This document shows, piece after piece, positions 12,174-26,617 of a stretch of DNA of 64,000 nt. Positions within the stretch are counted from its first letter, which is position 1. Every line of letters begins with the position of its first letter. Made by a program: the position numbers and the translations under genes. The DNA comes from the human T2T-CHM13v2.0 reference genome, Homo sapiens: NCBI RefSeq assembly GCF_009914755.1, contig NC_060930.1, one strand, 5' to 3'. The notes under the pieces are model-generated. The model had not been told where the DNA came from. It worked only from the letters and a program-made list of their open reading frames with translations, and ran no database searches.

Positions 12174-13549
12174 GAGACCAAAATTCAGACTTGACCATGT
12201 TCTTTGAATAGCTTCTTAAGAAGTTACAGTTAGCTGGGCATGGTGGTGGCCCGTGCCTGTAGTCCCAGCTAATTGAGAGGCTGAGGCAGGGATTCACTTG
12301 AACCCAGGAGGTGGAGGTTGCAGTGAGTGGAGATCACTCCACTGCACTCCAGCCTGGGTGACAGAGTGAGACTCGTCTCAAAAAAAAAAAAGTTACACCT
12401 AGGTGTGTATTTTGGCACAAAGGAGTGACAAACTTATAGTTAAAAGCTCAAGAACTTCAGTGTGGTGTAAATGTGGTTTATAGGCTATGTTTGTGATTGC
12501 TAAAAATAATTCTAGTTTACCTCAAAATCCTTCTGTTTCCCAAAATTAAGTGCCTGGCCAGCTGTCATAAATTACATATTCCGTTTGGTTTTTTGTAAAG
12601 GTTACATGTTCAAGACTGTGAAAATAAGATGTTCTCTCTAAAGGCTACTATGCCTGGTCTGTAAATGAACCTGTTAAATGCTGTATTTGCTCCACCAGCT
12701 TACTATAGAATGTTACTTAATACAATATCATACTTATTACAGTTTTTACTATAGGAGTGTAATACGTAAAATTAATCTCTATTTTAATGGGCCCATGTTT
12801 CGTCTTTCACCATCCTTTAAACTGCTGTGAATTTTTTTGTCATGACTTGAAAGCAAGGATAGAGAAACACTTTAGAGATATCTGGGTTTTTTTCCCATTC
12901 CAGAACTTGTGAGTAAAATCATATTTGCTTGATATTTATAGTCATGAACTCCTAAGCTGGCAGCTACAACCAAGAACCAAAATATGGTGCATTCTGCTTC
13001 TTGTAATTCATCTCTGCTAATAAACTATAAGAAGCAAGGAAAATTAGGGAAAATATTTTATTTGGATGGTTTCTATAAACAAAGGACTATAATTCTTGTA
13101 CATTATTTTTCATTTTTGCTGTTTCTTTGAGCAGTCTTATGTGCCACACAATGATTTAAGGTATTTGTTTTCTATAAGAATTGTTTTAAAAGTATTCTTG
13201 TTACCAGAGTAGTTGTATTATATTTCAAAATGGAAGATGATTTTTAAAAGCCTGAGTACTGATCTAAGATGCAATTGTATGAACTCTACTCTGGAGGGAG
13301 GGGAGGGTGTCCGTGGAAATTTTAAGACTTTTATTTTTGTGTGTCATCAAATATAGGTAAAAATAATTGCGCAATTCTGCTGTTTAAACAGGAACTATTG
13401 GCCTCCTTGGCCCTAAATGGAGGGGCTGATATTTCAAGTTGATTATTTTATTGTAAAATAATCCAACCTAATTTTTTTTAATTTGGTTGAATGTTTTTCT
13501 TGTTAAATGATGTTTAAAAAAATAAAAACTGGAAGTTCCTGGCAAAAAG
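12174..13549 (+). pseudogene. Processed retrocopy of an mRNA 3'UTR (parent not identified)
   Basis: Non-repeat AU-rich sequence; AATAAA 13521-13526; short polyA 13544-13553; TSD AGCCCCATATGC exact at 12162-12173 and 13553-13564. Confidence 0.8.
12230..12391 (+). mobile_element. 5'-truncated Alu (right arm) nested in the retrocopy
   Basis: TSD AAGTTACA at 12221-12228 and 12390-12397. Confidence 0.9.
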
Positions 13550-14754
13550 AAAAGCCCCATATGCAATATTCAGTATTATTAAAATAATCGGCACCACCCA
13601 GTCAATGACTGGTATTTTATTATTACAGATTTGGCTGCTGTGTTCTGTTCATTGCCTCCTTCAACAACCTTTCAGCACAGTTTGCCTTCACCTCTAACGG
13701 GTCACAATTTACCTTTTCTAGGCTACCCATGGGGACCTCAACAGCTTTGCCATTGCACACTATCTTTGCAGACAAGATCTTAATCACATCCAACTTTCTG
13801 CAGTTGCACAGGGTACCTCAGACCCACATCCCAGATGACATTCCTCAGAAGCTCGCAGCTGGAGATGACATCACCTTAGACAACATCACCCTAGCCCAAG
13901 ACATCGCTATTAGAGATACATCACCTGGACACTAAAGCCTCCAACCCAGTGACACTCTCAAGGTGCTGACAAAATGGACATGGACATTTGTTGCTTTTCT
14001 TCTTTTGAATTAGGAACTCTATTGTGTTTCCTGAATTTACTGTCTGCTTGGCCCATGATCCTGGTATGTTCCTTGCTCTCTGCCAAAACATGCACCGTCC
14101 CCTCCACACCTAAAGGAAAACCTGGTAGAAGCTACTACTCTCAATGCCATTCTAAAATTGACGAAGAGTATTATTTTCCCCAAGAGGCAGCTGCTGCAGG
14201 CCAGTGAATCCTCTGGACCCTGGGGAGAGGGTCATACACTCCCTAGTGACTTCTACTGTATGCTCCAGCTTTCCACCAGGACCTCCTGCCCTGTCCCCAA
14301 CTGTAACGACCACAACCACCCCATCCCCTTGGTTACACACAAATATCACCAGTCTTTACATGTACTTTACTGACTTCTCAGATAATACCCTCCAACAAGA
14401 TAACTGCAGGACTTGCCACCATGACCTGAGAAATACACCAAGATATTATTGTCCAATTTTTTTGAGATATATATATATTTCTCATACTTTTAACATACTC
14501 TGCAATCCACCAAGATATTGGTAGAGACCCTGGAAATTTCAAATCTATTTCGTCTGCTAATGCCATGTGAATGGGAAACTTAGATACAGGCTGGCCTACA
14601 AGGACTCCTTATACTTCAATTTTTGTTCCTCCTTTCAACTCTCATAAAAAATATTTTCTGTACTATTTAGGGCAAATGATGGCCTTCTTTCTAAGTCTCA
14701 TCCATCATTGCTGCAAAGGTGCCTTAGTTTGATGTTAAAGTGTCACAGGGCCAA

Positions 14755-15669
14755 TGTATTGACCATGTTTCTGGCGTCTATAAAGTCGATGTTTTAATAT
14801 CTGTCCTACATGCATACACCAAACATTCCTTGATCTGGAAAACCCAACAGTATGCTTTGCTTCAGCCTCAGGCCTCCCTTGTCGCCTCCTCTGTGCCACC
14901 CCCCATTCCTCGGGAGTCCTCCTCCTCCCAGGGGCGCACTTTTCAAATACAAACCAACCAATCCAGAGCCCACACCCCAACCACCTCCTTTATTGGTCTC
15001 TCACATGCTGGGCCACTATCCACTTTCCCTAATCACCCAAAGTCAGGTACCAGACAATTAGGGACAGCCCCTATACCCCAGAGCCTGCTGAAATTAGCAA
15101 ACTGGCCAATCCCGAGTCTGTTTACTTTGCCTTCCTGTTTCTTCCCAAGGAAATCACAAAAAAAGGCTCTTGTCCACAGCCCCCCTCTCGCTCTGCCTCC
15201 TGCTTCCCTGTGCGGCCCTGTGGTGTGGTGCACACCTTCCTCTTGGGAACTGTGTGAAACTATCTCCTAATCCTCTCCGTTGGCCTTAGTATACCTCAAA
15301 TTTTTTGTATTGATACACTTTTTTTTGTGGGGTTTTTTTTGTTTGTTTGTTTTTTGTTTGTGAGACGGAGTTTCACTCTTGTCTCCCAGGCTGGAGTGCA
15401 GTGGTACGATCTTGGCTCACTGCAACCTCTGCCTCCTGGGTTCACCTGTGATTCTCCTGCCTCGGCCTCCCGAGTAGCTGGGATTACAGGCGCACACCAC
15501 CACGCCTGGTTAATTTTTGTGTTTTTAGTAGAGATGGGGTTTCACCATGTTGGCCAGGCTGGTCTCGAACTCCTGACCTCAAGTGATCTGCCCGCCTCGG
15601 CCTCCCAAAGTGCTGGGATTACAGGCGGGAGCCACCATGCCCGGCTGACACACTGTTTTCTTTTAAACA
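14755..15669 (+). mobile_element. MER74-like ERVL LTR, interrupted by an Alu
   Basis: TGTATTGACCATGTTT start; AAACCAACCAATCCAGAGCCC, GGTACCAGACAATTAGGGACAGCCCC; ends TTTTAAACA. Confidence 0.7.
15320..15645 (-). mobile_element. AluS
   Basis: Full-length antisense Alu; imperfect TSD TGA(T/C)ACACT. Confidence 0.93.
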
Positions 15670-16339
15670 GCTGGGAAACCTCTTATCCTCATCACCAGTG
15701 CCAGGGTCCAGCTTCAGGAGGGCAGGGCTCACCTGCTTTACTTCCAGATCACCATGTGCAGCGTGGAGCTTCCCTCTGACGTGTTTGTTGGATTTGTTTC
15801 AAAAAGGCGGCCATGGTTTCTTTTTTTCCTTCCTCGGCCCTGATTAATTTCAACAGAAGAAAATGTATCCCCTCTAGTTTGTGATGGAATCCAAGCTTAA
15901 TTAGCCATTCATGGTGCTAAACTGTCCTGCACTGGATGACCCAATCGCTTCTGATTTTCCAAGCTTGGCTCTCAGACCATCCTGGTGGAAGAAACACTAG
16001 CAGTCTGCCCAATCTGAATGCAAATCCAGAATAATCTTTTCTTTTGTTGTTACACAGTTATGAGTGCAATTTTTAAATGGCTGCTACTCTACAGCCTGCC
16101 TGCCTTATGCTTTCTCCTGGGCACGCAGGAAAGTGAGAGCTTCCACTCCAAAGCAGAGATCCTAGTGACACTAAGTCAGGTAATAATCTCTCCAGCTGGA
16201 CCTCATGCACTCACATGGACAACACACTTCTCTCCTTCAGTGATCATCATCCTTGTACCATGTTGGTGGCATGCTGTAATCGTGACTCAACATCCGGTTG
16301 CCAATTGCTATGTAACAAACCACCTCAACATTCAGTGGC

Positions 16340-16785
16340 TTGAATTGAAAGCAGGGTCTTGAAGAGATATTTGCACATTTCATGCTCCCAGCAGCATTAT
16401 TCACAACAGCCAATAGGCAGAAGCAACCCAATGTCCAACCATAGATGAGTGGATAACCAAAATGTAGTCCATCCATACAATGAAATATGATTCAGCCTTA
16501 ACAAGGAAGGAAGTCCCGCCACGTGCTACAACATGGATGGACCTTGAGGACACTATGCTAAGTGAAGTAAGCCAGGCACAAAAGGACAAATACTCTATGA
16601 TTCCATTTTATAGGGTACCAAAGAGAATCAAACTCACAGAGATAGAAAGTAGACTGGGGTGGCCAGGGACTCGGGGAGAGAGGAAAGGGCAGTTATTGTT
16701 TAAAAGGTACAGAGTTTCAGTTTGGGAAGATGAAAATGTTCTGGAAACGGTTAATGGTGATTTTACATTGTTTATGTTACCACGA
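16340..16785 (+). mobile_element. L1MB 3' fragment
   Basis: GAATTGAAAGCAGGGTCTTGAAGAGATATTTGCAC...ACATGGATGGACCTTGAGGAC. Confidence 0.85.
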
Positions 16786-17360
16786 TTTGTAAAAGAGCAG
16801 CTGCGCTGAGAATGAGCATGCTTGTCATTGGCAGCTCTCTGAGATTTTCAGTGCCTCTTACTGGCTTGTTAAGAAGACGGCAGATTCCTCTCCCCGTCTG
16901 CTTCTTTCATTATAAAATTCCCATTTCCATTTTGCCTCTAGGTAGAAGCTCACGGAACTCAAATGGGAAATGATGATGGCAGGATTTTCCTGCCGAAAAG
17001 AGGTGTCTCAAAAGAAAAACATATTGTATTTAACATGGAGAAATGAAATCCTCCAAAGCGAGCTTTATGAACTGAATTACCCAGAACGGACTTACCTCTA
17101 TTGTCAGTATTTTTCTGCTGCCCCTTTGGGCTTCTGGTGCCTGGATAACTAAAAGAGCAGGACATCGTGCTGCTTAGTGGGCTTTGCAGTGGGAAGCGGG
17201 AACGTCTACCTGCATGAGCACGGGGCACTCTGCCCAGAGCTTGGGCACATTCCCCTAGGCACAGGAGTAAGGAAGAAGTCTCCAGTGTAGGTTAGGAAAT
17301 AGGCCTTCAGCATGAGCTTACCACAGCTTTTTTAAGGAAAAAATTAGTGGCTTAAAATAA

Positions 17361-17639
<279 letters not shown>

Positions 17640-17995
17640 ATATTCCACTATTTTTTATCATAATTGTGTGGACTGACTGGATTCAGCTGGGTGATTTGCA
17701 CTCGGAGTCTCTCGCGTGGCTGCCGTCTTCTGAAGGCTGGACGTCCCACATGGCTTCTTTACTAATACATCTGGTGCTTCAGCTGGGACAGCTGGGACAG
17801 CTGGCGGCTGCACAGGCATCTCGCTCTTTGCACACAGGCTCCCCATATGCTTAGTTTGAGCTTGGTGATTTTAAAGTAGTTGAACTTAGATGGCAGCTGG
17901 CTTCCCTCAGAGTAAATATGCCAAGATACCCAGGTGGAAGCTGTAAGGTTTCTAATGACCTAGTCTGAGATTTCACACCAAGATGGCTTCCGTCA

Positions 17996-18320
<325 letters not shown>

Positions 18321-19505
18321 GCTACAGGTCAACCCAGATTCAAGGGGATAGGATTACACAAAGTCACAGATTCAGGAAGGTATAATTTATTGGGGAACCG
18401 TCTTTGGAGACTAGCTACCACAATCTGTCACCATCTTTTAGATAAGACGATCAACATATTTCTGAGTATACTTTAGATTTCCACTATCAGTGCATTTTCT
18501 GAAACTTCCCCAGTCTTAGCACTGAAGGTCCTGCACCCCAGGAAATATCTATCAGTCTTTGTCAAACCAGGATGGTTGGTCACCCTACTTTTAGACCTCC
18601 TCATTTTCATGAACTCAATATTGCATAAGGTTGATCTTCCAAAAACATGTATCTGCCTTAAAATTGTGATTTCCATCCTGATGAGGTCTCCTCATATTCC
18701 TTTGTCTTTCTGGTTTGTATAGGATCCACTTGACTTCAGAGCTGTAGAAATCCAATAATATGGCAGTGATGATGCATTCTTTTATTGGCCCACAGTTATT
18801 ATTTTAATCCAAGATACAGCTGAACACCATATCTTAGATCTAAACTCTCATACAATAAGCCTTAAAATGTAACTAATATAAATCTGGGAGTTCATATGAC
18901 CCTGCCTTGGTGGGAGTGACATATTCAAAAAACCAACAATTTGACAAAAAATATAACCTAAAAACAATTCAAGTTGTATTTGGACTGTGAACACCAATAC
19001 GGTATTAGTGTTAATACATACATGCTTGTTACCTTATTACAATAGCATAAAATATCACAAAGTAGAAAGAGTTCTGGGTAGACAGGAGTCCTGCTGAGTA
19101 GCTCTGTGCCCTGGGTGGGGGTTATGAGGAAGGGTTCCCAGGTCTGCTTCCTCCACCCTGAGGTCACCATTAAAGTTGGAAGATGACTTAAAAATCAGAC
19201 AGCATCAATCCCCTTCAATAGTTTTCTATGGTGTATGTGTTCATTAAATTCTGGGTCATTGAACGGTCATGGATAACCTTAATCTCTCTTAGCCTCAATG
19301 TCTACTAACATAGTTCATATTCTGTTAAAGTTATGAGCATTCGTATTCTAAGATTTGTATTGAATATAGATGATAGATTAAAATTTTAGTGACAAATCTT
19401 GATGATTCTGTAGGAACTTTTCCATGTGATAAATCTTCTTTTCATGCTATCTTGGCTTCAGCAGAATGGCAACATTACATTTAAAGACAGGCTTTGACAC
19501 TTTGT

Positions 19506-19506
<1 letters not shown>

Positions 19507-19550
<44 letters not shown>
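19507..19550. repeat. (GT)22 microsatellite in an Alu tail
   Basis: Counted directly. Confidence 0.95.
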
Positions 19551-19553
<3 letters not shown>

Positions 19554-19853
19554 GAGGCTCCCTCTCTGTTGCCCAGGCTGGATTGCAGTGACGTGATCAT
19601 ATTCACTGAAACCTCCAATTCCTGGGCTCAAGTGAGCCTCCCACCTCAGCCTTCCAAGTAGCTGGGACTACTGGCGCATGACACCATGCCCACATCATTT
19701 TCTTATTTTTTGTAGAAACAGGGTTGGTTGCCCAGGCTGGTCTTGAACTATGTTGCTCAGGCTGCTCTTGAACTACGTTGCCCAGGCTGGTCTTGAACTC
19801 AAGTGATCCTACCAAAGAGCTGGGATTACAGGTGTGAGTCAACATGCCCAGCC
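19551..19853 (-). mobile_element. AluJ with internal 25-bp triplication
   Basis: Antisense Alu; GTTGCCCAGGCTGGTCTTGAACT x3 at 19727-19800. Confidence 0.88.
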
Positions 19854-20850
19854 CTTGTGTTTCCATTAATGCATTCTATGCTGTCCATCACAGATCCCTA
19901 CTTCACCTCATCACTTTTTGCTTCAGAGCCCCATGTGTACAATGATTCATGGAGGCATATAGCAGCTCACAGGAGGGTAGGTGTAGCCAAGTAGTATGTA
20001 CCTAAAGTGAGGAGAGCAATTGCATAAAGAAACGTAAATAATGGTTTGAATGGGGCAATGGGAAGGGAAAGAAAGCCAATTGTTCCTCTGAGCTTGTGGG
20101 ACTTGGAAATAAATGTGGAAGAATTAGCAGGACTTGTTCCAGAGGGCTGCAAGGGAGTCAGTGCACTCAGGGAGAGCCAGAAGATAGAGTAGACTTTTAG
20201 GGAGGAAGTTGGGATAAACCTTGGGAACAAAGAGGGCTTTAATTACAGTGTAAGAAAGATTTGGGAGGAGTCACTGCAGAGGAAGATTGGGAAAGGGGAT
20301 GGCAGTGGAAGGACAAGCAGAATGAGGTAGTAAAGGTCTCATGGGCATGACCGCTGTGAGACAGACCTGGTATTGGTCAGGACCACCTTCACTTCCATCC
20401 CTGGTCCCAAGAGCAGCTATGCTACTGGAGTGAGAAGCTGCATCCTCTTCTCCAGAGATAACATAGAGCCCCCTACCACCACCCAAATTGAGAGCTGAGG
20501 ATGGGCGGATGGGCTCTCCATTGGACTCTGAAGGCACTGCCAAATTAATATCCTATCCTCAGATGACCCAACTACTGGGAGCACAAGCTTCTTCTCTAGG
20601 TCAACTAATAGTCATGACATACTGTCCTTGAGTCTTCCCTGCATCCTGCCACCCCCAGGAAACCATGCCATGACAAAAGAGCACAGTACTAGTTGAGGTC
20701 ATAGATATTAGAATTAGTAGGACCTGACATTTGGCAGTTAAGGAACCCTTAATAGGTAAGTTATTCATTGTTTTAACCCTCAGTTTCCTCATCTGTAACA
20801 TAATAACAGCTCATTATAACAGTACATAGCCTCCTTGAGTGAGAAACTAA

Positions 20851-21184
<334 letters not shown>

Positions 21185-22888
21185 GGGCAGTGTCATTCTT
21201 CTAGAATATGAAGGCATTGGCTTTTCAGCCATAGACATCCAAATCCTGCACTAAGAAGCACTCTGATGTTCGACATTCAAGAAGATGGCAGCGTAGAAGC
21301 ATCAGGAATCCATTTCCCCATTTGGACAACAATTGCACTGGCAGGATCTCTCAAATGTAACTATTTTGGAACTTTGGTGTCTACTGAAGGCTTGCAACAT
21401 CCAGGGGAAGACTTGGGTGGTAAATTGTGGTTGATTTTGGCTAATTTTAGCTCTTAGCTCAGTAGCAGCTGTCACCCACCAGCCAGGCAAACAGCTATGC
21501 ATGTGTGCCTGAGGCAGCTTGCAAAAAGCTTGAAGGAGCCAAGGTGGGTGTAAGGACCCTATCCTCCAAATAATGGGGATCTTTGCTGTGATTGCTAATT
21601 GCTGCTTCTGGTTATGGAGGTGTAGACACGGAGGTGAGCAGCATTGCTGCAACCATCATTTGCACTTTTACAATCCTCATCTCTTTGGCTGAAGCAACTT
21701 CCAGGGGAATTAAAGGGCCAGCACCTGTTTTTGGAGCCTGCTCTTTTTTTTCTTCTTTATTTTTCCTTTATTACCCTTTTGGAATAAAATATTTAAGAAC
21801 TAGGACATCAACAACAACAACATATACAGAGGCATTTGGAAAGTCATCACACAAGCCTAGGGAAAGGTGCAGGCTCAAAAAAAGATCTGAGAAGACCTTA
21901 AGTTTACAGTTAAGGCTGAACTTTGGCAGACAGACACCCTACCAAGGCAGAGAGTTACAGAGTTACATATTATAAGATTCCAATGTCCAGTTTTCAGCAA
22001 AAAAATCACAAAGCATACAAACAGAAAAGTATAACAGATTTTTAAAAATCAATGGAAACCATCTGTGAGAAAGACTAGATGGTAGACTTACTAAACAAAG
22101 AGTTTAAAACAATTATCTTAAAGATGCTCAAAGAGCTTGAAGATGTAGACAAAAGTCAAGAAAACGTATGAACAAAATGGAAATATCAATAAAGAGACAG
22201 AAAACACAAAAAGGAACTAAAGGAGCTAAAAAGTACAATAACAAATGAAATTTTCACTAGAGGACTCAAAAACAGATTTGAACAGGCAAAAGAAAGAATA
22301 AGTGAACATGAAGATAGAACAATTGAATTCTTGACTCTGAGGACTTGAAGGCCAAAAAGATTACAGAAAAGTGACCAGAGCCTTAGGAACCTCTGGCACA
22401 TCATGAAGTAAACCAACATATACATTGTTGAGGTTCCAGAAGGAGAAGACAAAGAAAAAGGGGCAAAGAGATTATTTGAATAAATAGTGGTTAAAAACTT
22501 CCAAAATATGATAAAGACATGAACATAAATATGAACATGAACATAAATTCAAGAAGCTCAATGATCTCAAAAGACCCACACCAAGACACATTATACTCAA
22601 ACTGTCAAGACAAAGGAAGAATCTTGAAAGCAACAAGAAAGAAATGACTCATCCCATACACCGAATCCCTGGGAAGGTAAGCAGATTTCTCATCAGAAAC
22701 CTTGGAGAGGCCAGAAGGCAGTGAGTTGATACATTCAGAGTGCTGAGGCAGGAAAAAACAAACAAAACAAAACAAAAGTGTTGACCAAGAATGTTATATC
22801 CAGCAAAACTATCCTTTAAAAATGAGGAAGAAATTAAGACATTCCCAGATAAACAAAAGCTGAGGGAGTTTGTTACCACTAGACCTGC

Positions 22889-23323
22889 TGTCTTAGTCTG
22901 TTGTGTGTTGCTATAAAGAATGCCTGTTGCTAGATAATTTTTTTTAATGAAAAAAGAAGTTTATTTGGCTTAGGATTCTCATGTCTGGAAAAGTTCAAGA
23001 TTGGGCATCTAACAAAGGCATCAGGCTGCTTCCACTCATGGCAGAAGGTGAAGGGGAGCCGGGAAGTGCAGAGATCACATGGTGAGAGAGGAAGCAAGAG
23101 AGGTAGCAGGGAGATACCAGGCTCTTTTTAACAACCAACTCTCATGGGAGCTAATAGACTGAGAACTCACCCTCCCTGTGACTGTGTGGGTATTAATCTA
23201 TTCATGAAGTGTCTGCCTCCATAACCCAAACACTTCCCATTAGGCCTCACTTCCCAGCACCACCACACCAGGGATTGAATTTCAACAAGAGGTTTGGAGG
23301 AGTCAAACATCCAAACTGTAGCA
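22889..23323 (-). mobile_element. MST-type MaLR solo LTR
   Basis: TG...CA termini; 5-bp TSD CCTGC at 22884-22888 and 23324-23328. Confidence 0.85.
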
Positions 23324-23670
23324 CCTGCCTTGCAAGAAGGGAGTTCTTTAGGTTGAAATGAAAGGGCACTAAACAGTAACTCAAAGCTATATGAAAAATA
23401 AAGATCTCTGGCAAAAGTAAATATATAAACAATTATAAAATAGTATTATTGCAACTTTGATTTGTTACTTCCACTTTTTATTTTCTACATGATTCAAGAG
23501 AGTAATGTATTTAAAAACTTATTAGTTTATATTTCAGGTGACACAATGCACAAAGATGTCATTTTGTGATATCAATAGCTGAAAGGGGGTAGGAGCAGAG
23601 CTGCATAGAAGCAGAATATTTGTATGCTCTTGAAGTTAAGCTGGTATAAATTCAAACTACAGTGTATGCC

Positions 23671-23813
23671 TTTTTTTTGTTTTTTGTTTTGTAGAGATAG
23701 CATCTCACTATGTTGCCCAGGCTGTTCTCAAACTCCTGGCCTCAAGTGATTGTCCTGCCTTGGCCTCCCAAAGTGCTACAATTACAGGCAGGTGTAAGCC
23801 ATCATGTCTGGCC
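23671..23813 (-). mobile_element. Alu left monomer
   Basis: Antisense left arm flanked by CAGTGTAT. Confidence 0.85.
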
Positions 23814-24699
23814 CAGTGTATAACTTCAGGAAGGTAGTTTTAAAGATGAAAAATATTCTAGAGATGGATGGTGGTGACAGTTACATAATAATGCGAATGT
23901 ACATAATGCCACTGAACTGTACACTGAAAATGGTTATATAATAGTTAATTTTATGTTATGCATATTTACAATCTTGAAAAATAATTTTTAAAAAATTAAA
24001 GAAGAGGCAGCTTATGCTGTCTAAGGAGCCCCTTTTTCTACCTGCACTCTCTATGCTTCACTCCTACTCACTTCACTTTTGAGGAGGAGCATGTACACTC
24101 ATTTTTGAACTTGCTCTCATTAACTGATTCTTCTTTCTAAAGGATAATGCTTTTTCTTTCTCTCACTTTTGGTTATTACTAGTGAAGACCAGTTACTGTC
24201 TCTTATATTATGGAGCCATGCAAACTAAAAAACATATTATGATTATGTATAATAGAAAGAAAGGCAAGATATTTTTACTTCCCTTGGTGCTATGTAGTAC
24301 TTGTTGTTTTGGATATGAAATGGTTAAGCAGTCATCCCCTTGGAAGCTCTGCAGAAAGTGGGGATGGGGGATTTTTTTAGATGATTTTAAACAGGAAATG
24401 CCATGATGATCTGTTTCCACCAGAATGGGTTTTTATGTTCAGCTCTTACTCTAAATCAGGAAGTTCTTGTTCCTGCCAGAAAGTGAGACAGATAAACCCT
24501 TTCCTCTACTGCAGCCCACTAACAGTTCCACAGAGCACAGGATCCAGAAAATGGAAATGGCTGGGTATAGGGTAAAGTATCTGACCCTACCTCAGGGCCA
24601 TGAATATGGGGCTGGGGAGCAAGGAGAGAAGACAGGGATAGAGAAGCAGAGGGAGGAACATGGGAGCAGAAGAGGGAGAGATGGAAAGAGAAAGAAAAC

Positions 24700-24880
24700 T
24701 GGTGAGGTGGCTTGCACTCGTAGTTCCAGCTACTTGGGAGGCTGAGGCAGGAGGATCACTTGAGCCCCAGAAGTTTGAGGCTGCAGCGAGCTATAATCCT
24801 GCCATTGCACTCCAGCCTGGGTGACAGAATGAAATCCTGTCTCTTGCAAAAAAAAAAAGAAAGAAAGAAAGAAAGAAAAG
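24700..24880 (+). mobile_element. Alu right monomer with (AAAG)n tail
   Basis: CCAGCTACTTGGGAGGCTGAGG... Confidence 0.85.
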
Positions 24881-25784
24881 AAATTGGACATTAAAACCAG
24901 AATCCCTAGGAAATTATTTCTAGTATTTTTGTATTGTTTCCAAGTTAACTGTACAGACAATTGTAAGTAATAGGTCTGTATGGAGGAATCTCAGCCAGTT
25001 TCAAAGACTCTCTTTGTTGCCTTCATGAAGTCCCAAGGTAAGTAACCTATCAAGCATATATACATTCACTGGGTGCCTTCTGCCTATTACAGTAAAAAAA
25101 GCTAGAACTCATTCTGCCCCAAAACAGGTAAAGAGGCTCCCAGAATGTATTTTAATTGAACTTAAGATAGTCTGGTTATTCTACAAATTCTGAGAGTAAC
25201 ACCTGTGCTCTTGCTGACTCACCACCAGCAGAAAATGATTAAGATGGCTATTTACAGGGTACACAATGTTTTCTAGCTTAATTAGCCTCTTACCTTCATC
25301 CAGGAACTAACGCCAGATGCCTCTGTCCTCATGGCAGTCACCTGGCCATGACCAGAATCCCAGTTTGAGTGTCTCTGCAGGGAGGAAGAAAAGGGGTGGG
25401 AAAGGAAGGAAAGACATCACTATTTATCAAATGAATGCCTTGTCCCTGGCACTGTGCTTCCACATATGTTCCTGATTAATTGTCCCAACAACTCTGAGAG
25501 GTCGGTGTTAGTATGTTCAGTTTCCAGATGTGGAAACAGAGGCTTAAGGACTTGGAGTAATTTACTCAAGATCCCAGAGTCAGGAGAGAGGGAAGCCAAA
25601 ATTGCAACTGTCCTGCTCCAGTGTGCATGGTCTTTTCATGGGAGGTTTGTGCAAACAACACCAAATCCTAAGCCTTTACTCTCAGCTTCCAATCATGCAG
25701 AGTATTTCCTGACAAATTCCTGGTAACAGCATTATTCTACAGCATGCCCCGGGAGTCTTGGGAGTCATACTTGGTTACGAGAAG

Positions 25785-26617
25785 TGCAAAACAAAAATAA
25801 AACTCTAAGCGCCCCCAACCAACTGAATGGATCCCTCTCTTGGCCAAGAAGGATTCCAAAAAATACCTGAAAAACCACATCAGCCCATGATGGGAAGGAG
25901 GAGTCAGACTTACCTCCTTCTACTGTCTTCCCTTTGGAGTTTAGACGTGACTGACCAACATTAACATTGACTCAGAGACCTTAAGACTGAAAAAACAGAC
26001 TCTTTGTAGCAATAACATACCACATTCCAACCTGACTCTGGTATGGAATCACATGACGGATATCAGGCCCTGAAAGAAATGGCAGTATTTTATCCCAAAA
26101 TATATTCCCTTGACATATTTTGAAATGACCCTGAAAACCTGTCTCTTGTGGGGGAAATTTGCTTTCTATAGAGAATCTTCTTCCCTTATTAGGCCTTTTC
26201 TGGAGAGTCTGACACCTTTTAGGGTCAGACAAGAGACATTCACTGCTTATTCTCTCTGAAACCTGCTATTTGGAGGCTTCATCTACATGACAAGAACCTT
26301 GGCTTAAGCTCCAGCTTAACTCTTTCAACCAATTGCCAGTCAGGAAATCTTTGAATCCACCTATGACCTCGAAGACCCTGCTTCGAGAAGTCCTGCCTTT
26401 CTGGGTTGACCCAATGTATACCTTACATGTATTCATTTATGTATTTCCCTGGTAACTTCTGTCTCCCTAGAAGGTATAAAACCAAGCTGTAACCCAGCCA
26501 CCTTGGGCACATGTTCTCAGGACCTCCTGAGGCTGTGTCACTGGCCATGGTCCTTAACCTTGGCAAAATAAACCTCTAAATTAATTGAGATAAGTCTCAA
26601 ATACGTTCTGGTTTACA
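25785..26617 (+). mobile_element. MER4D-like ERV1 solo LTR
   Basis: TG(C)AAAACAAAAATAAAAC start, AATAAA, ...GGTTTACA end; 4-bp TSD GAAG at 25781-25784 and 26618-26621. Confidence 0.8.

Larger units (their letters stand above)
12020..14750 (+). mobile_element. ERVL-class internal (pol/RT) fossil, probably HERVL74-int, split by the retrocopy at 12174-13549
   Basis: Left part TGGTGCCTGATGGTGGATTACCGC = WCLMVDYR; right part CAGTTTGCCTTCACC = QFAFT and TTTACCTTTTCTAGGCTACCCATGGGG = FTFSRLPMG (class III RT motifs); adjoins a MER74-like LTR. Confidence 0.6.
21260..23990 (+). mobile_element. Old L1M (5'UTR/ORF1 remnant plus 3' fragment), interrupted by an MST LTR and an Alu monomer
   Basis: ORF1-like A-rich sequence (CCCACACCAAGACACATTATA, TATATCCAGCAAAACTATCCTT, AGACATTCCCAGATAAACAAAAGCTGAGGGAGTTTG). 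Confidence 0.75.

Noticed and set aside
16018-16362. 114-aa ORF with a signal-peptide-like segment
   Set aside because: No recognisable homology and it runs into repeat sequence; no independent support
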